Shown piece by piece: positions 1-13,800 of a stretch of 64,000 nucleotides of DNA. Numbering within the stretch: position 1 is the stretch's first letter; each line of letters opens with the position of its first letter. The stretch comes from Paramecium tetraurelia (Eukaryota), in the NCBI GenBank assembly GCA_000165425.1, contig CT868363.1, positions 186,001-250,000 on the forward strand, in the 5' to 3' direction. The position numbers were made by a program, and so were the translations under genes. The notes under the pieces were generated by a model. The model did not search any database and had not been told where the DNA came from. It saw only the letters and a list, made by a program, of their open reading frames with translations.

Positions 1-1
1 T

Positions 2-337
2 CAAAAAAGAAATTTCAAAAAACCTATTGCAAAATCATCTAGTTGTGGTGTCTATATGTCAAGCAATCCTATGAGTGAGTCTCAGTCTTTAGCTGATACA
101 GAGGATTATCAAGAAACACTATATGAAGATGCATTGCTGGAGTTAGATAACTAAAGAGATGAAAAAATCTATAGAATAGTTTAACATTATAACAATTAAA
201 TAAATAATCTAAGAATGATAGATTTTACAGAAGAATCACTATAATAAATGCTACATTTTGAAAAAAAAAAATGGGAAGAAATCTAAAATATACAAGAATA
301 ATATGAAATAATAAAAAGTAATTAAATATAACAATGA
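2..337 (+). CDS. 3' part of a hypothetical protein (start not identified; may lie upstream of window)
   Basis: Open frame under code 6 (...MSESQSLADTEDYQETLYEDALLELDNQRDEKIYRIVQHY...NQIQQ) ending at TGA 335-337. Confidence 0.6.
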
Positions 338-544
338 GAATATATCATTAAATTTGATCAAAATTCTATCACTCTTCATATCTATTTTTTATAAATGTGA
401 AATTATAATTTTAACTTTAATTTAGACAGAGTTCCCTTTAAATTCTTATTTATATTATGATGATTGCATTGATATTTCTTAAATTAATTGAATATTATAT
501 AAGATTAAGATTATAATATAATAATTTGATAATAAAATATTTTA

Positions 545-1138
545 ATGAATACCTTAGACAAAGAGAAGGTTTTGTTCTTCTGTTGTGATATTTAGGATGT
601 TTTTAATAATGAAGCCAATTAAAAGAATTATAATTGTTTGTAGGTTATAGAATGTGCATGTTTGATGAATGAATTCGCTAAAGTTTATGACATACCCATA
701 ATTGTCTCAGAATAAAACCCTAAGGTTTTTGGAAGCACAGTTCAATAATTAAAGAACACATTCACATAAAACACTCATTTTTACGAGAAGTTTACTTTCA
801 CGATGCTGTCTGATAAAGGATTAGAAATATTAAAACAGTATCCAAATAGAAATCAGGTTGTGATTTACGGATTAGAAACCCATATTTGTGTTTAACAAAC
901 ATGCTTGGATCTTATAAAGTTAGGCTACTAAGTTTATGTATTGACTGATGGTACTTCAAGTAGTAAGCCATTATTTAGATCAACTGCGTATGAAAGATTA
1001 AAATAATGTAATGTATATTTAGAGACTTCTCAATCTGTAATGTATACATTAATGTAAACCTCTTAAAATGAGAAATTTAGAGAGGTTTTAAAATTAGTAA
1101 AAAAATATTAGTTTTAAAACATATTTCCAAGTTTATGA
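545..1138 (+). CDS. Isochorismatase-domain protein (ISOC1/ISOC2-like), intronless, 197 aa
   Basis: Motifs LFFCCDIQ, IIVSEQNPKVFGSTV, EKFTFTM, QVVIYGLETHICVQQTCLDL, VLTDGTSS. ATG 545, TGA 1136-1138. Confidence 0.9.
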
Positions 1139-1176
1139 TGAATTTATTATTATATTATAAATATCATAAATTAATA

Positions 1177-1820
1177 ATGAAGATTGCTTAATTGTTACGA
1201 AATAGAGTGCTCTTTTTCAATTGTGATATATAGGCTGTCTTCAACAATCCTAAACATATGTACAATCCAGGTTAAACAATATAATGTGCTCAATTAATGA
1301 ATGAAGTATATTTTTGTTTATAAAATATAGGCAGCAGGTATACTAAATATCCCAGTGGTTTATACTGAATAAAACGTCAAGGCTTTTGGATCAACAATTC
1401 CTGAAGTAAAAGCAACTATTCCTCCAAATAGTCATTATTATGAAAAACACACATTTTCAATGTACAATGATGATGGAAAGAAGGTTCTATCCTAGTATCC
1501 TGACAAGAATTAAGTTGTCATATATGGCTGGGAAGCACATGTTTGTGTTTAATAAACTTGTTTGGATTTAGTTAGAAATGGTAGTGCAATGAAGATATAC
1601 TCTAGGTTATCAAGTTCACATATTAACAGACGGAACCTCAAGCAACAAACCACTATATAGATCAACATCTTACTAGCGATTAGCTTAATAGGGAGTGGTG
1701 ATCGATAATTCACAATCAGTGCTATATGAATTGCTATAGTCTTATAAGGATGAAAAGTTCAAACCAATTTTAAGTTTATTTAAGAAATATAAATACGAAG
1801 AGGTCTTTACAACGTTATGA
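1177..1820 (+). CDS. Isochorismatase-domain protein, tandem paralog with two 25-nt introns (1306-1330, 1581-1605)
   Basis: Motifs LFFNCDIQ, VVYTEQNVKAFGSTI, QVVIYGWEAHVCVQQTCLDL, ILTDGTSS. Removing the GT..AG introns restores the frame. Confidence 0.9.
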
Positions 1821-1937
1821 ATAAAAATAAAGGTTAAAAAATCAATATCATAAAACTAAATTGCCTTTTTTTATCTATTCTTCCTTTATTTTTAATGTTC
1901 CAATTTTATAATATTGAGTATTGCTAATATCTCATTT

Positions 1938-2141
1938 ATGCTGGTCTAGTGTTATCAATAAATTATGGATCCGCATATTTATCGATAGCAACCATATCAT
2001 TTTGAAAGAAGTAATCTTATTATTCAAGATCGATTTCCTCTCATATCTCCAAAATCTATCAGATCTAATATTGCATGTCTTTCAACTAGATTTGGATAAA
2101 CTGCTATAAGGAAAATATTGCTTCAATTTCATTAATTGTGA
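1938..2141 (+). CDS. Possible small hypothetical protein (67 aa)
   Basis: Code-6 ORF MLVQCYQQIMDPHIYRQQPYHFERSNLIIQDRFPLISPKSIRS...; no recognisable motif. Confidence 0.3.
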
Positions 2142-2160
2142 AAAATATAATGATGAAAAA

Positions 2161-3116
2161 TCAATTTTATGATTATTATTGATTAGTATCAGGATAAGTT
2201 CTAGAACTAGCGCTATACATCAATACTATAATCACAACTAGCAAAGTAATTATGCCACAAAAGTATAATCTAAACTCATGAACAATGTTACATTCTATCA
2301 TTACTTCCTTATTAAGCTTTGGCTGCCTTTTTCATTTCCTCACCTGCTTTTTCCGTTTTAATCCCAGCCTCCTTGATACCATTGCTTATGATTTAAATTT
2401 TCTCTCCTTGCTCTTTTATCATTCTAGCTCCCTCTTACATCATTTCATTAAGTTATTGGATAATTCTAACATATATATTAAGGATACTATGCTATTTCCA
2501 TTATCTATTTATTTCTGCTTTATATAAATTTTTCATCATATCCGTAGTCAAACTCATCATCCAACAATTACACATTTATTTAATTATCACCATGACGATC
2601 CTTAATGGGTTGTTTTGCCTATGCTTAACTTTTTTGATGACTTCGGTCTAACTAATCAATTAAGTTTTTTATTTTTTTAAAATTTTCCTTTGAATTTTAA
2701 AATACTTTAATCAATTTCTATTAGGTTTGTTGCTTTTGTGACTAATAGCAATTATAAATTAATATACAATCTATGATTTTTATTATAATTGAATAGATCC
2801 CATATTTTAGATTATTTTTTCCATTTAATCTAAATCATTTTAGGCTTCTTTGACAAACTTTTATCTATGTAAAAATCATTTTCAATCAAATACATATGAT
2901 CCATTTCTTTTTAAGATCCACAATGAATAATCTTGTTAGCGATCATATTAATACTTTCTCATTTAAATCATGGCAGACCTTTTCAAAATGTTGTATTCTT
3001 GCTTAGGCCTTCTAAGTCAACTCAGTGAGCTAACCCTCTCCATCCTATTAGCCTAATTCCTTAAGTTCGAACACATCTAATTATTCTGAATTTCGTTTAC
3101 TTTATTCTTTCTACAT
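2161..3116 (-). CDS. Syntaxin (Qa-SNARE) with C-terminal transmembrane helix; five tiny introns
   Basis: SNARE motif FIQSRNKQIMEIAQIIQQLNEMMQEGARMIKEQGEKIQIISNGIKEAGIKTEKAGEEMKKA followed by the TM segment ILYFCGIITLLVVIIVLMY. Confidence 0.85.
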
Positions 3117-3597
3117 TCTAGGGATTTAGAAAAATTACATAAAATTTTGATATTTATAATCTAGTTTTTTATTTCATTTCTATAAAGAAATAAGAGTCTA
3201 CTGAATTCTGAATTATTATTAATACTTTCTAAAATCCTTCTCTTAAGAATGAGTTACAACTATAAAAATTGAAATGAAATCTTTTTGGTCTATAGTTTAA
3301 TTCATAATTAGAATGATATTAACCCCGTATCAAAATTAAAATATGCTGATTTTACAATGAACTTAGAAATTCATTAATTGTAATGCATTTCTCTAGCCTA
3401 ATTTTAATCATACCTGAATTAGACATTCTTCCTGAAACCTTAACGATTTATAACATATATAGAAATGCGTCATAGCTTAATTTTATAAATCCTTTTTTCT
3501 TAACTAAATTGGAAATGAGTTTTTAAGATTAGATTTATTAAATCTTTAAATCCCTTCAATCAAAAGGTCAATATATAATTTTTTATAAATAAACATA

Positions 3598-4200
3598 ATG
3601 CAACAGTCAAGCATCTTTATTTAGAGTAGTCAGTATATTGCAAAATAATCTAAACCAATCAATTTTTTAGAATTCTCTGATCAGCCTTTTTTGGATCAAT
3701 CAAATTTTAATATTTATAGAAAGTGAGAAAGGCTTGGAACACTTACTTTAGCCCAAAAATGTTATTACATGTAATATAATATAGATAGAGAATCCATACA
3801 GATCAAGTTGGGCTAACTTAATTTTACATAAATACTATAATATTGAAATTGTTGAATCTGTGAGTAGAATTAGAATTAAGAAATTGCAAACCATTGAAGG
3901 AATATCTTAATCATTAACAACTCATATTCCCGCCATACAGACATCAGAATAAAGAGAGAAAAGCTAATTTCCTTCTATTGTTACTCATTATTCTAAAAAT
4001 AATTTAGAAAAATTCTTTCAACAAAAAAGAAAATATCATATGTCTACTTTTATAGGAAACTATAGTTCGAATAGGGAAATTCATCATGTAAATAATCAGA
4101 AGAGAATGATGCATTATCATAAATTAAAGCAAAAAGTTAAGATAAGCTTATGCCAATTTTCGATGTTAATTTTAAAGTAAACCTTTTTTATAATACAATT
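3598..4200 (+). pseudogene. Hypothetical or degraded gene; frame broken near 3725, boundaries approximate
   Basis: The frame from ATG 3598 (MQQSSIFIQSSQYIAK...) hits TGA at ~3724. A long open frame follows (NPYRSSWANLILHKYYNIEIVESVSRIRIKKLQTIEG...). No clean intron solution found. Confidence 0.3.
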
Positions 4201-4560
4201 TATGAATTCAAAGTTTTTTGTTTTTATTATTATATTTAATATATAATATTCATTTAACTAAATCTGCACTTAGATAAGAACTTAAATCAACAAAATCATT
4301 TACAATAAATTATAACCAACTTATCAATATAGTTTATATCTTTAAATTCATAATGCTATTTATCTATTATTAAACCTATTTAATCATTGCAACCTATTTG
4401 TAAGGAAACCTTTTATTTATATAAATAAAATAGATATAATATATTTCCAAAAGAAGTTTTAAATATATTCTATTCTGTACTATAATCTTTATGAAATTGT
4501 TTACTTCTTTACCATCTATAAGAAACTATTTTTTTATATTAATTTTAAATAATTAAAATT

Positions 4561-4961
4561 ATGAATTTTATTCGTAAAAGACTTGGACTGTTGCCCCAGA
4601 CAACGGCCATCATGGAAATCTACCAATCTGAATAATCAAATGAAGTTATTTATTTATATAGGAGAATTTTAAAATAAATCTCAATTACTTATGAAAGAAG
4701 ATTAGAAAGAATGCAAAAGTTAAAGGAGGCATAATGGATTTTTAGAGAATGCAAAGATGAGAAAGACTAAGATTAAATTAAATACCTGAAGAATTAAGGA
4801 TATTTAGGTATCATTATTTTTTATTGTGAACAATGATAGTATTAAGGATGTTAGAATAGAATTAAGTTTTGCCTTCCTTTTATCCTAACCCATTAGATTT
4901 GGCTGAACCAGAAGTTCATAATTAATTTGGAAAACAACTATATAATAGAGCTAAATTTTGA
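4561..4961 (+). CDS. LYR-motif (Complex1_LYR family) mitochondrial protein, 122 aa; intron 4808-4839
   Basis: EVIYLYRRILKQ...LKEAQWIFRECKDEKDQDQIKYLKNQG matches the LYR...F-R pattern. The N-terminus MNFIRKRLGLL is basic. Confidence 0.75.
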
Positions 4962-5298
4962 CGTATAGAGAATTTATTGTTTTAGAAATTAGAAGATAAG
5001 TTTATTCATACAAATATTTAATTCATTAAACCGAATTCTCTAGTTTTAGATTTTTTATGTCTTCTGTTTTCCTAATATTCTTTCAATGTATTAATTATTA
5101 AAAACCATTGTCATTATAATAATTTTCATAAAACTGCAATTTGATATCAAATTCTTTTAGTTCATTATATTAATCTATAAATGTCTATAGCCCCTTTAGG
5201 ATGTAAAACCCAATAAATCATAATATTATAATTACATGTCTAATTCATATTCAACTGAATTAATAATAAAATAAAATAAATAATTTTATAATATTTTA

Positions 5299-6222
5299 AT
5301 GAAAACTAAAGGTGACCAAAACAAGGGAAACACAAAATAATAACCTTAAAAATAAATTAATACTTATAAGGAAATTTAATGCTATTATCATCCAAATGAA
5401 AAACTTAAATATTTCTGCAAGAAACCTGATTGTCTCTAGCCATTATGCAAAATTTGCTTAGATATTCATATTGAGGAGGCACATCAGGAATCAAATGATA
5501 CTAAAGAAGTGGTTTCATATGAGAAATGCTTGGCTGAAGTTACCAAGAAAATGTCGGATAATTTAGCATATTTTTTAGATCAAATTGGATAATTGAATAA
5601 TCATATAGACAGAATCATTAATTTTTAATGTCCATAAAATTGGATGAGTTTAATTTAGTCTTCAGAAACTTAAATTACCGATTTAATAAGAAGTTATTTT
5701 AGCAATCTAAAATCATATTTATTTTCAATTTCTCCTGAAGTTAGTAAGCTATATTCTGCTTAGGATCGATTGATTGTATGTTCCAAAAGAGTAGATCAAC
5801 TTAGATCCGAATTAGAAAATCTCAAGAGTGAAAACTCAGTCACTTAATTAATTCTGTTTTATTAAGGAGACGTAGAAAAACTGAATAATCGATACTTGCA
5901 ATATCTTGAACAAACCTTTGATGAACTAAAATAAATAAATTTTCAAAGCATAAATGCACCTAAGATATTAATTAATCATAATAAATTAAACGATCTAATG
6001 GAATTGTTGAATTAATATATCAATTATGAATAAGAATATGAAGAATAAGAAAAGGAGGAGGAACCATAAATTGGTTATGAGGAGCAAAGAGACAGAATGA
6101 CTCAAAATGAGCAGTCAGAAAGGGAAGAGGAATAACCTATTGATATTATTATGGCATAAGATAAATTATCAGAGAAAAACGAATATGGTTTATAATCTAA
6201 TGATGAGGATTTAGAATATTGA
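5299..6222 (+). CDS. B-box zinc finger plus coiled-coil protein, 307 aa, intronless
   Basis: IQCYYHPNEKLKYFCKKPDCLQPLCKICLDIH, then a helical region and acidic tail; continuous code-6 frame. Confidence 0.8.
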
Positions 6223-6271
6223 ATTTTTATTTCTAACTGTTTTAAATTAACTGAAATAATAAATATTAAAT

Positions 6272-7746
6272 ATGAATACATCAATACCTCAACTCCCTTA
6301 GGCTTCCATCTATGAACCGACAATATCAATTCAGAAAATTTAACCACATTATCGATTTGATTCTAATAATATGCCTAGAATCCAATGTTATTACCATTAA
6401 GACAATCCAAATAATTACATTAAGTACTTTTGCAGACAGCCTGAATGTTTAATGCCTTTATGTGATAAGTGTGTTTAGTAGCATTTGAATTAATACCATA
6501 CTCAATCTTAAAGTACTTTATTATCATATACTCTCTAGGTAATATTGTACCTTTTGAAACCATACTTTCAGAAATCTATTAAAATTTAGCAGCAGATTGT
6601 AATGAAATGTGTGATCAAATCAATAAAATTCAATAATTATCAGAAAGGACTACAACCGATAAATTAGTTGGTAAACAATCATTATAAACAAATCCAATCA
6701 AATTGATAGAATCTGCAAGAGATCAGGTCATAGCGATTGTCAATAACTATTTTGATACTTTGAAGACTTATCTTTTAACTTAGATTGAAGAGCCATTACC
6801 TGATCTAAATGTTAAACCTGCCATAAAAGACTTAAAATTAAGATGGGAATAAAACATCAAAGATTTAGAGTCCATAAATAATCCAGTAGCATCCATTGAA
6901 AAAGTAATTGAATACTGCGAAGAAGAATTAAGAAAGAAGAATGATACCATCTTGAATGAAGCAGACAAAATAATCAAATTACTTGAGACATTTACACCAC
7001 AATATAGACAATACGGAGTGGATATTCCTCAATTATTTGTCGATCCAACATTTTTACCAAGATTTTTGTGGGTGTTAGAGAGATATGCTTTTTTCAATCG
7101 TCCTCCTTTAGAACCAGAAATCCTTCCTCCCCCAAGAGTAGTAGAACCTATGCCTGTTTATGATATTCCACCTCCCCCCAGATATTATGACCCATATCCA
7201 CCTATGGAATAAGTTGTTTATAGGGATCCCATTGTTATCAGGGAACCTGTATTTAGAGATAGCTTGATTAGAGAGAACGAGTATCCAGAAGAGTATGATG
7301 ATGCATATTGGCAACGAAGAAATAGAGGAAGACAATAATAATAATTCGACTATTATCCAGATATTGAAAATGATGCCTATTAAATGAAGACTAGTGTCTC
7401 TAAAGAAAAAAGGAGAAAATCAAAAGTCTAAGAATCTCCTAAACCAAAATATAAGATAACTGAACAATATGAATCACAGAAAAAAAAAAAAACTAACAAA
7501 TCCAAAGGTCCCAAAGAAATAGTCATTAGTCATGCAACACCCTCATATATTAATATGACAACAACCTAAATTCCCTAATAGTATTAGCCTTAACAGACAA
7601 CTACATAACAAGTGTAACCTACCTATTAGGCTCTTTAAACGGCCAATATTTTATTACCAACGAACACCTAATTGGACTTGACTCAAAAAGCACCTTCGGG
7701 AATGACTAAGTCAAAAATTACAAACTAAGCCTATAAAAATTTATGA
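6272..7746 (+). CDS. B-box zinc finger plus coiled-coil protein with Pro-rich segment, tandem paralog; one ~26-nt intron near 6513-6538
   Basis: IQCYYHQDNPNNYIKYFCRQPECLMPLCDKCVQQH. Includes ORF-track fragment 6952-7212. TGA 7744-7746. Confidence 0.8.
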
Positions 7747-7846
7747 TTATTTATTATTCAAAATATAATTTATAATTCTTTAAAATCAATAATTATATAG
7801 ATATTAATTATACAACTTTGCTAATATAATAATAAATAAATTTTTA

Positions 7847-10800
7847 TCAATCATTTAATAAAAAACTTAACAAATTGTCCTTTAATGATTATTGTTATTA
7901 CTCTTGTTTTTATTGAATATCTTATTAATTTAACTTTTGTATTTGAATACCTTAAAATAAATAAGAGTAATACCTATTTTTGCTGCCTCTTATTCTGTCA
8001 TTGTCAAAATGCAACACAATTATTGTAGGATAGATTGTCTAATTTTTTAAGGTGCCCTGTTATCAAAATAATTCAATAATGCCTCCTTTATTATTCTTTT
8101 ATCAATTAAATTTTATTAACTCTGAGAAATCATCTAAAATTTCTTATTACAATTCTCAAGAATTTATTCCTTTTCATGCTACAATTACACTATTATTTCT
8201 TCTTTCTTTCTTATCTTTTGAGACAACTCTTGAATTTAAACCTAGACTCCTTCATCTAACTGTCTTTCTGCCAATTGCTTATTTAATTAATTGATATTTT
8301 CCTTATATTCCTTAATCTTGTTTTCATATTCTTCCTCTTTGATATCAAACTTTTACTAAGCAGTTTCATTAACAAATTAAAAGTTTATAATGCTCTAATT
8401 CAATGTCTCTATAGTCTCCTCATATGACTATATTTTTTTTGTTAATTATTGAATTTCGCAATTCTTATTTACAATTACTTTATTTTATTCATTTAATTTT
8501 TGTATATCCTATTATTAACTAGATAATTAAGTCTATAAAGTATTAATCTATAATATTTCTAATAAAAATTACTTCACTTTGTTTTTTATTAATTGAGTTT
8601 TTCAAATTCTCTATTTCACTCTATTTCGATTTTATCTCTTCCAATTAATCCTTTCTGATTTTGTCTGAATCTTATACCTATTTTTCTAAATCCTTCTTCT
8701 TTTATTCAACCTTTTACAATTAATTGAATATTTGGTTAGCCTTTTCAACTTGCTCATTGAACTTTGTCTAAGTCTACTACAATTCTTAATTGATCTACTA
8801 TTCCTTCTTTGAATACTCTGTGCCGCATAAAATTAATTTCTACTAATAATCCCCTAATTATTGTTTAGCCTCTTGGCATGCCTTTTACGACTACTTAAGT
8901 TACTAGGTCAGGTTTTCAATTTCTTTTTTAAATGACTCTCTAATTTGATTGATATTATTTAAAATATTAGACTTAATTTTATCTAAAGAGTTAACATCCA
9001 AGCTTTAAATTGATTCTTAGGATAGATTTGAATAGATCTCTGTTAGTGCAATTTCTATTTACTTTATAAATGCATTTTGATCTTCATTCTACTTTTGTAA
9101 AATCTAGATTTGATGCTATTTCCCTTTGACTTAATCATTCAAATTGTTAGATTCTTCATACAAAGCGATATATTGCTCATTTTTCTATATATAGTTTTTT
9201 TCTAAATGAGAAATTTTATCCTTAATTTGTAAATACTCTTTCTCCATCTCGTTCCTTTAATATACAGCCTTCTCAAACTTACTTTCTAATTCAACGATCA
9301 TATCTGCATTACTTTAGTTCTCTTATTCTTCTTTCTATAACAAGGATTGCAACTCTTCTTTCTCTTACTTTAATTTACCGTCCTATTCTCTTAAAATTTC
9401 TTAGTTTCTTTTAATTTCATCATTATTTAAGTTCAGTTCATCTACTTGTTTTTACAAAACTTAAATTTCTTATTTTAGATTTAAGATTTCCTTCTCCTTC
9501 TATGATAATTGCTCATTCAATCCATCGATCTCTTCAGATGATTGCTATTCTAATTTAACTAAGGTTTAAGATATATGTTAATAATCTTATTAAATTAGCT
9601 AAACCTTGACCTCATTTTCTTTGTTGATTTCAATTATCTTTTGATTTTTCAGTTATTCTTCATTGAGCTCAGAGGTTAATTATTGATATTCATTTTAAAG
9701 TTAATTTAGCGTTGACTAAAGTTATTCTATTTATTAAGTGTAATTTTAAGATTATTTTTCGTATTGCTCAATTTAAATCTATAGAAGCTTGTCTTTTTCA
9801 GATAACTCTTTTATACTATTCTCCAATTAATTTTTCTCCTCTTAATTATTTTCTATTGTAGATTCAAGTTATGAGATTTTCTTAAAGCTATTTTCAAGTT
9901 CTAAGCTAGTGGTTTGTAATTCTAGTTAAGCCTCTTATAATGCAGTCTAATGTTGATGGTTTTTTTCTTCATTTTACTAAACAAGATCCTTAAGTTGTTT
10001 TAACTCTTCCTCATAGCCAGTTTGTAAACATTCAGATTATTATTATTTTGTCAATTAGGATTCAGAATTTTTCAAAGCTTCAACCAAATTCTAGATTTAT
10101 AAATTCAAATCATTTATTTCTTATGATTTCGAATTTTAAAAATCACTCAAATTGTGTTCCTAATCTTAATTTTATTTAAGTAATGAATTAATCTATTAAC
10201 TTAATTCTTCTTCTTTTAATTGATTTAGGCTCAATTGTGATTTTAAGTCATCCAATTGCAATTCCAAGTTCTAATTTCTTGCCTCCTTTTCTTGTAGTAT
10301 CTCTCTAAGTTCTTACTCGCTTTATTTATTTTTTTAGATTAAATCTTACAATTATTAGATTTCTTCTATTTTCTATTCGATCATTTAATGTGTCGAATTT
10401 AATAGTGTATTCTATAAGTTGGTTATTTTATTATTATCGATTTCACTCTATTACTCTTATTAATCTTGGAAATTTTATTATTCGTCAGTTTCTGATTTAA
10501 ATTATACATTTTCAATCTCTCCTTCCTTTTATTTCTGAGACAGATCTATAAATTCGTCAGATTTATTAGTTATATTTACTTTCTTTATCTCTGTCTCATT
10601 TGTAATATTAGAGCTTGTAAGATCAACTTCTATTTATTTTTCATTATCTTCAGTATTGTCTCTCTACTCAATTATTTCGTTTTATTCTTCTTAAACTGAT
10701 TTTTGGAGTTCATCATTATTTTAAACTTATTCTATTTCTTCTTATTACAATTCTTATTGATCTAATTTCAATTTGAATCCATCTTATTCATTCATAGAAG

Positions 10801-13800
10801 TTGATTTATTAAACATTTATGATTTATTTTCTGTCTGGGTGTTTTCTGATAATTCTTGGGATTCTGCAAATAAATTTTATAATTCTTTAATTTTTATCTA
10901 AGATTATGCGAATATTTATTCGAGATATTCATAATCTGATTATAACTTCTCTGACTCATTAAATTTGTTTTCGAACTCTTCCACTTGAGATAAAATTTAT
11001 TGATTTTTGAATTTTAATTCTTAATTTTCAGAAATAATCTAATCAATATCTTATTTGTCATTTGATAAATTAGATAATTTTGATTATAAAATTTCAATAT
11101 CATTTTATAAACTTTAATTTTTCTCTTAAAATTCTGTGATTATTTAATTTTATTAATTGTTTTACTACTTTAATTCTTAATTGATACTCATCTATTCTTG
11201 GAATTTTTGCATAATATCCTCCACTTATGAAAGTAATAATTCTACTTTTTATTCAATTTATTTATTTTATGTATCCTTCTGAAGTAAATGATCTTAATAA
11301 GTAATAATATCCTTTTTTTAATCTTCAACCCTAACTAATTACTCATATAATTATGCTTATAAATCCTCAATTAGCATATTACTTTAATTACACTAGGAGG
11401 AATCCTCTCCTTATTATTTGTCTATTTACATTAACAAGTTATTCAATAACTATGATTATTGATCTTTTTATTCAGATATAAATTAAACCTATTAATGTAA
11501 ATTTTCAATTTCACGCATTTAATCTAACCTTTTTTCATTCTCCATTTAAGCTGCTTATTACTATTGATTAATTTAATCCTTTAGTTTCTCAATCTCCTAA
11601 TTTAATTATTCCAAAATGAATGCTTGATTCTTTTGGTTACTCTCATCTTAATCTTAGGAGCATTCAACAGTTTGAATTTCTTAATCTTCTTAGATTAATT
11701 ATTTTTTGATTTCATCATTCTCATCAAATGACATTTAGGTATTCTGATCAGCTGTTTCAATAATATTTTATTGTTCAATTGTTTAAGTGTTTTAATTTTC
11801 CTATGATGTAACATATTATGTATTCTAATCTTCTGTTTCTATTTAAACTTAAATCTCTTAAGTCTCCTATTGATTAATAGTTTAAATTCTTTTTTCTCCC
11901 GTCTCTACGGTTATTTGAGTATCTTAATTTTGATGATTAAGTTCATGCTAGGTAAATTATGTGTTTGTTTCTACTTGATTGTTAATTTAAGTCTCCTAAT
12001 TTTCAGTATTTATTTAAATTTGAGTATTTTAATCACTCTAATCTATATTAGTTTATTATTATTAATCATTCAAATTGATTTATTTTTCATCATCAATTTC
12101 TGATTAAGTTTATGTATTTTAATCTTCTTAGGCTGCTGTATATTGAGTAGTCTGATGATCTGTATCGATTTATGCTTAGGTTTCTTAGGTTCCTTATTCA
12201 GTTATTACTTATATCTTTTTATCGTCTGTTTATACATTAATTTAAGTGTCTTAATTCTCTTGGCTAATTTCATGCTAAGTAAATTAGGTGGTTGTTTCAA
12301 CTACTTGTGAGATTTAATTCTTTTGATTTTCTGTTTCTAACAGAATTTAAGTTGTTTGATCGCATTATTCGATTGCTGTCTATATGGATTGATCATTTTA
12401 ATTAAATTATTTTTCATCATCATTATCAGTTTTGATTACTTCTTGAATGAGATTATTCTATTGGCCATCATCATTTACTTGAGTTTCTTATGGAGGTGAA
12501 TTGATTTTAAGTTCTTTTTCATCCTATTAATCTTCAATTTATTTAATTTAAGACTCGTCTTCAATTAGTTATACTGTTTATGTTTCTTAATTTTGAAATG
12601 CTTTCTCATCTTAATTGCCTTTGTTTTAATTCTCCTAAAGTTACTTTTGTATTTCATCATTTTTAGCTGACTTTTCTAGATTTTAATTGGTCAAATCTTC
12701 TATTTGTATATTTAAGGCTTCTATTTATGCCTTAGATTCTGCAAATTCAGCTTAAACCTTGTATAATTCATTGCTTGTTTAGTTCAATTATTACTACAAC
12801 TCCAAAGTAATTACATCTTAATTTTATTCACTAGAAGTATGATTTTATTAATAAGACCAGGTTGGCTGTTCCCTTAATACTTCTAATTCGTTTTGTAAAT
12901 GTTAGATGTATTTTAATAGTCTAGGTAACAATTCTTATTTATTTTAGATGATATCTTTATCTCCTGATTCAGATTATTTTCTATTATAAATTCTAATTAA
13001 TTGTTAGACTGATTTCATGTCTTCATCGGTTAATTCATCTTCATATTCTTACTATTCAATTTTTTGATTGTCTTACTATTTTTAGTTTTGGATAAAGTTA
13101 ATTAGTTGTGTTTCTATTAAACTTTAAATGTTTTAGAATTGATTTCTCAAGTCTTCAATATCAATTTAATTTGTTTTTAAATCTTTAATTTATTTTACAA
13201 TATTTAATAAAGCAGACTATTTCTATTTGTTGTTTTGCATCGAATTGATCTACTGGATGTATTCGTCAATATCTCTATTCAATTATTACTTTTCTAAAGC
13301 AAATAAATCTCTTTGGGAAACCATTTCTTGATTTAATCTTTAAATTTGCTCTTGAAATTGAATTTCTAGTTGATTATAATCTCCTTGGAATTGTTTCTTT
13401 GAATATTCTTTCTCTTCCTTCAGGGTTTCAATAATTTTTTACAATTCTAGAACTTTCTAATCTTGATTTTATGATGATAATTTGGCCTTCAATTGTTTAT
13501 TTTCTTTAACCAAAGGTGCATATTTGATTTGACTTAGCTATTTGATGTCAGCTGACAATTTGTTTAATTTCTCATTAAACTAATTCCATGTGATGATCTA
13601 TTGAAACTCATTTGAAATTTGTAATTAATCTAATACTTTTAAGATGAATTCAATTTTTTATCTCTCCACAATTTATGCACCGTCCCACAAATCCTGTGAG
13701 TATTGCTCCAACTATTGGTTGAAGTCGGCTCTGATTCCCAGGATTTTGCTTTTCAATAGTTAATATTAATTTTCCTAATTCTTCCATGACTCGAATTGTT

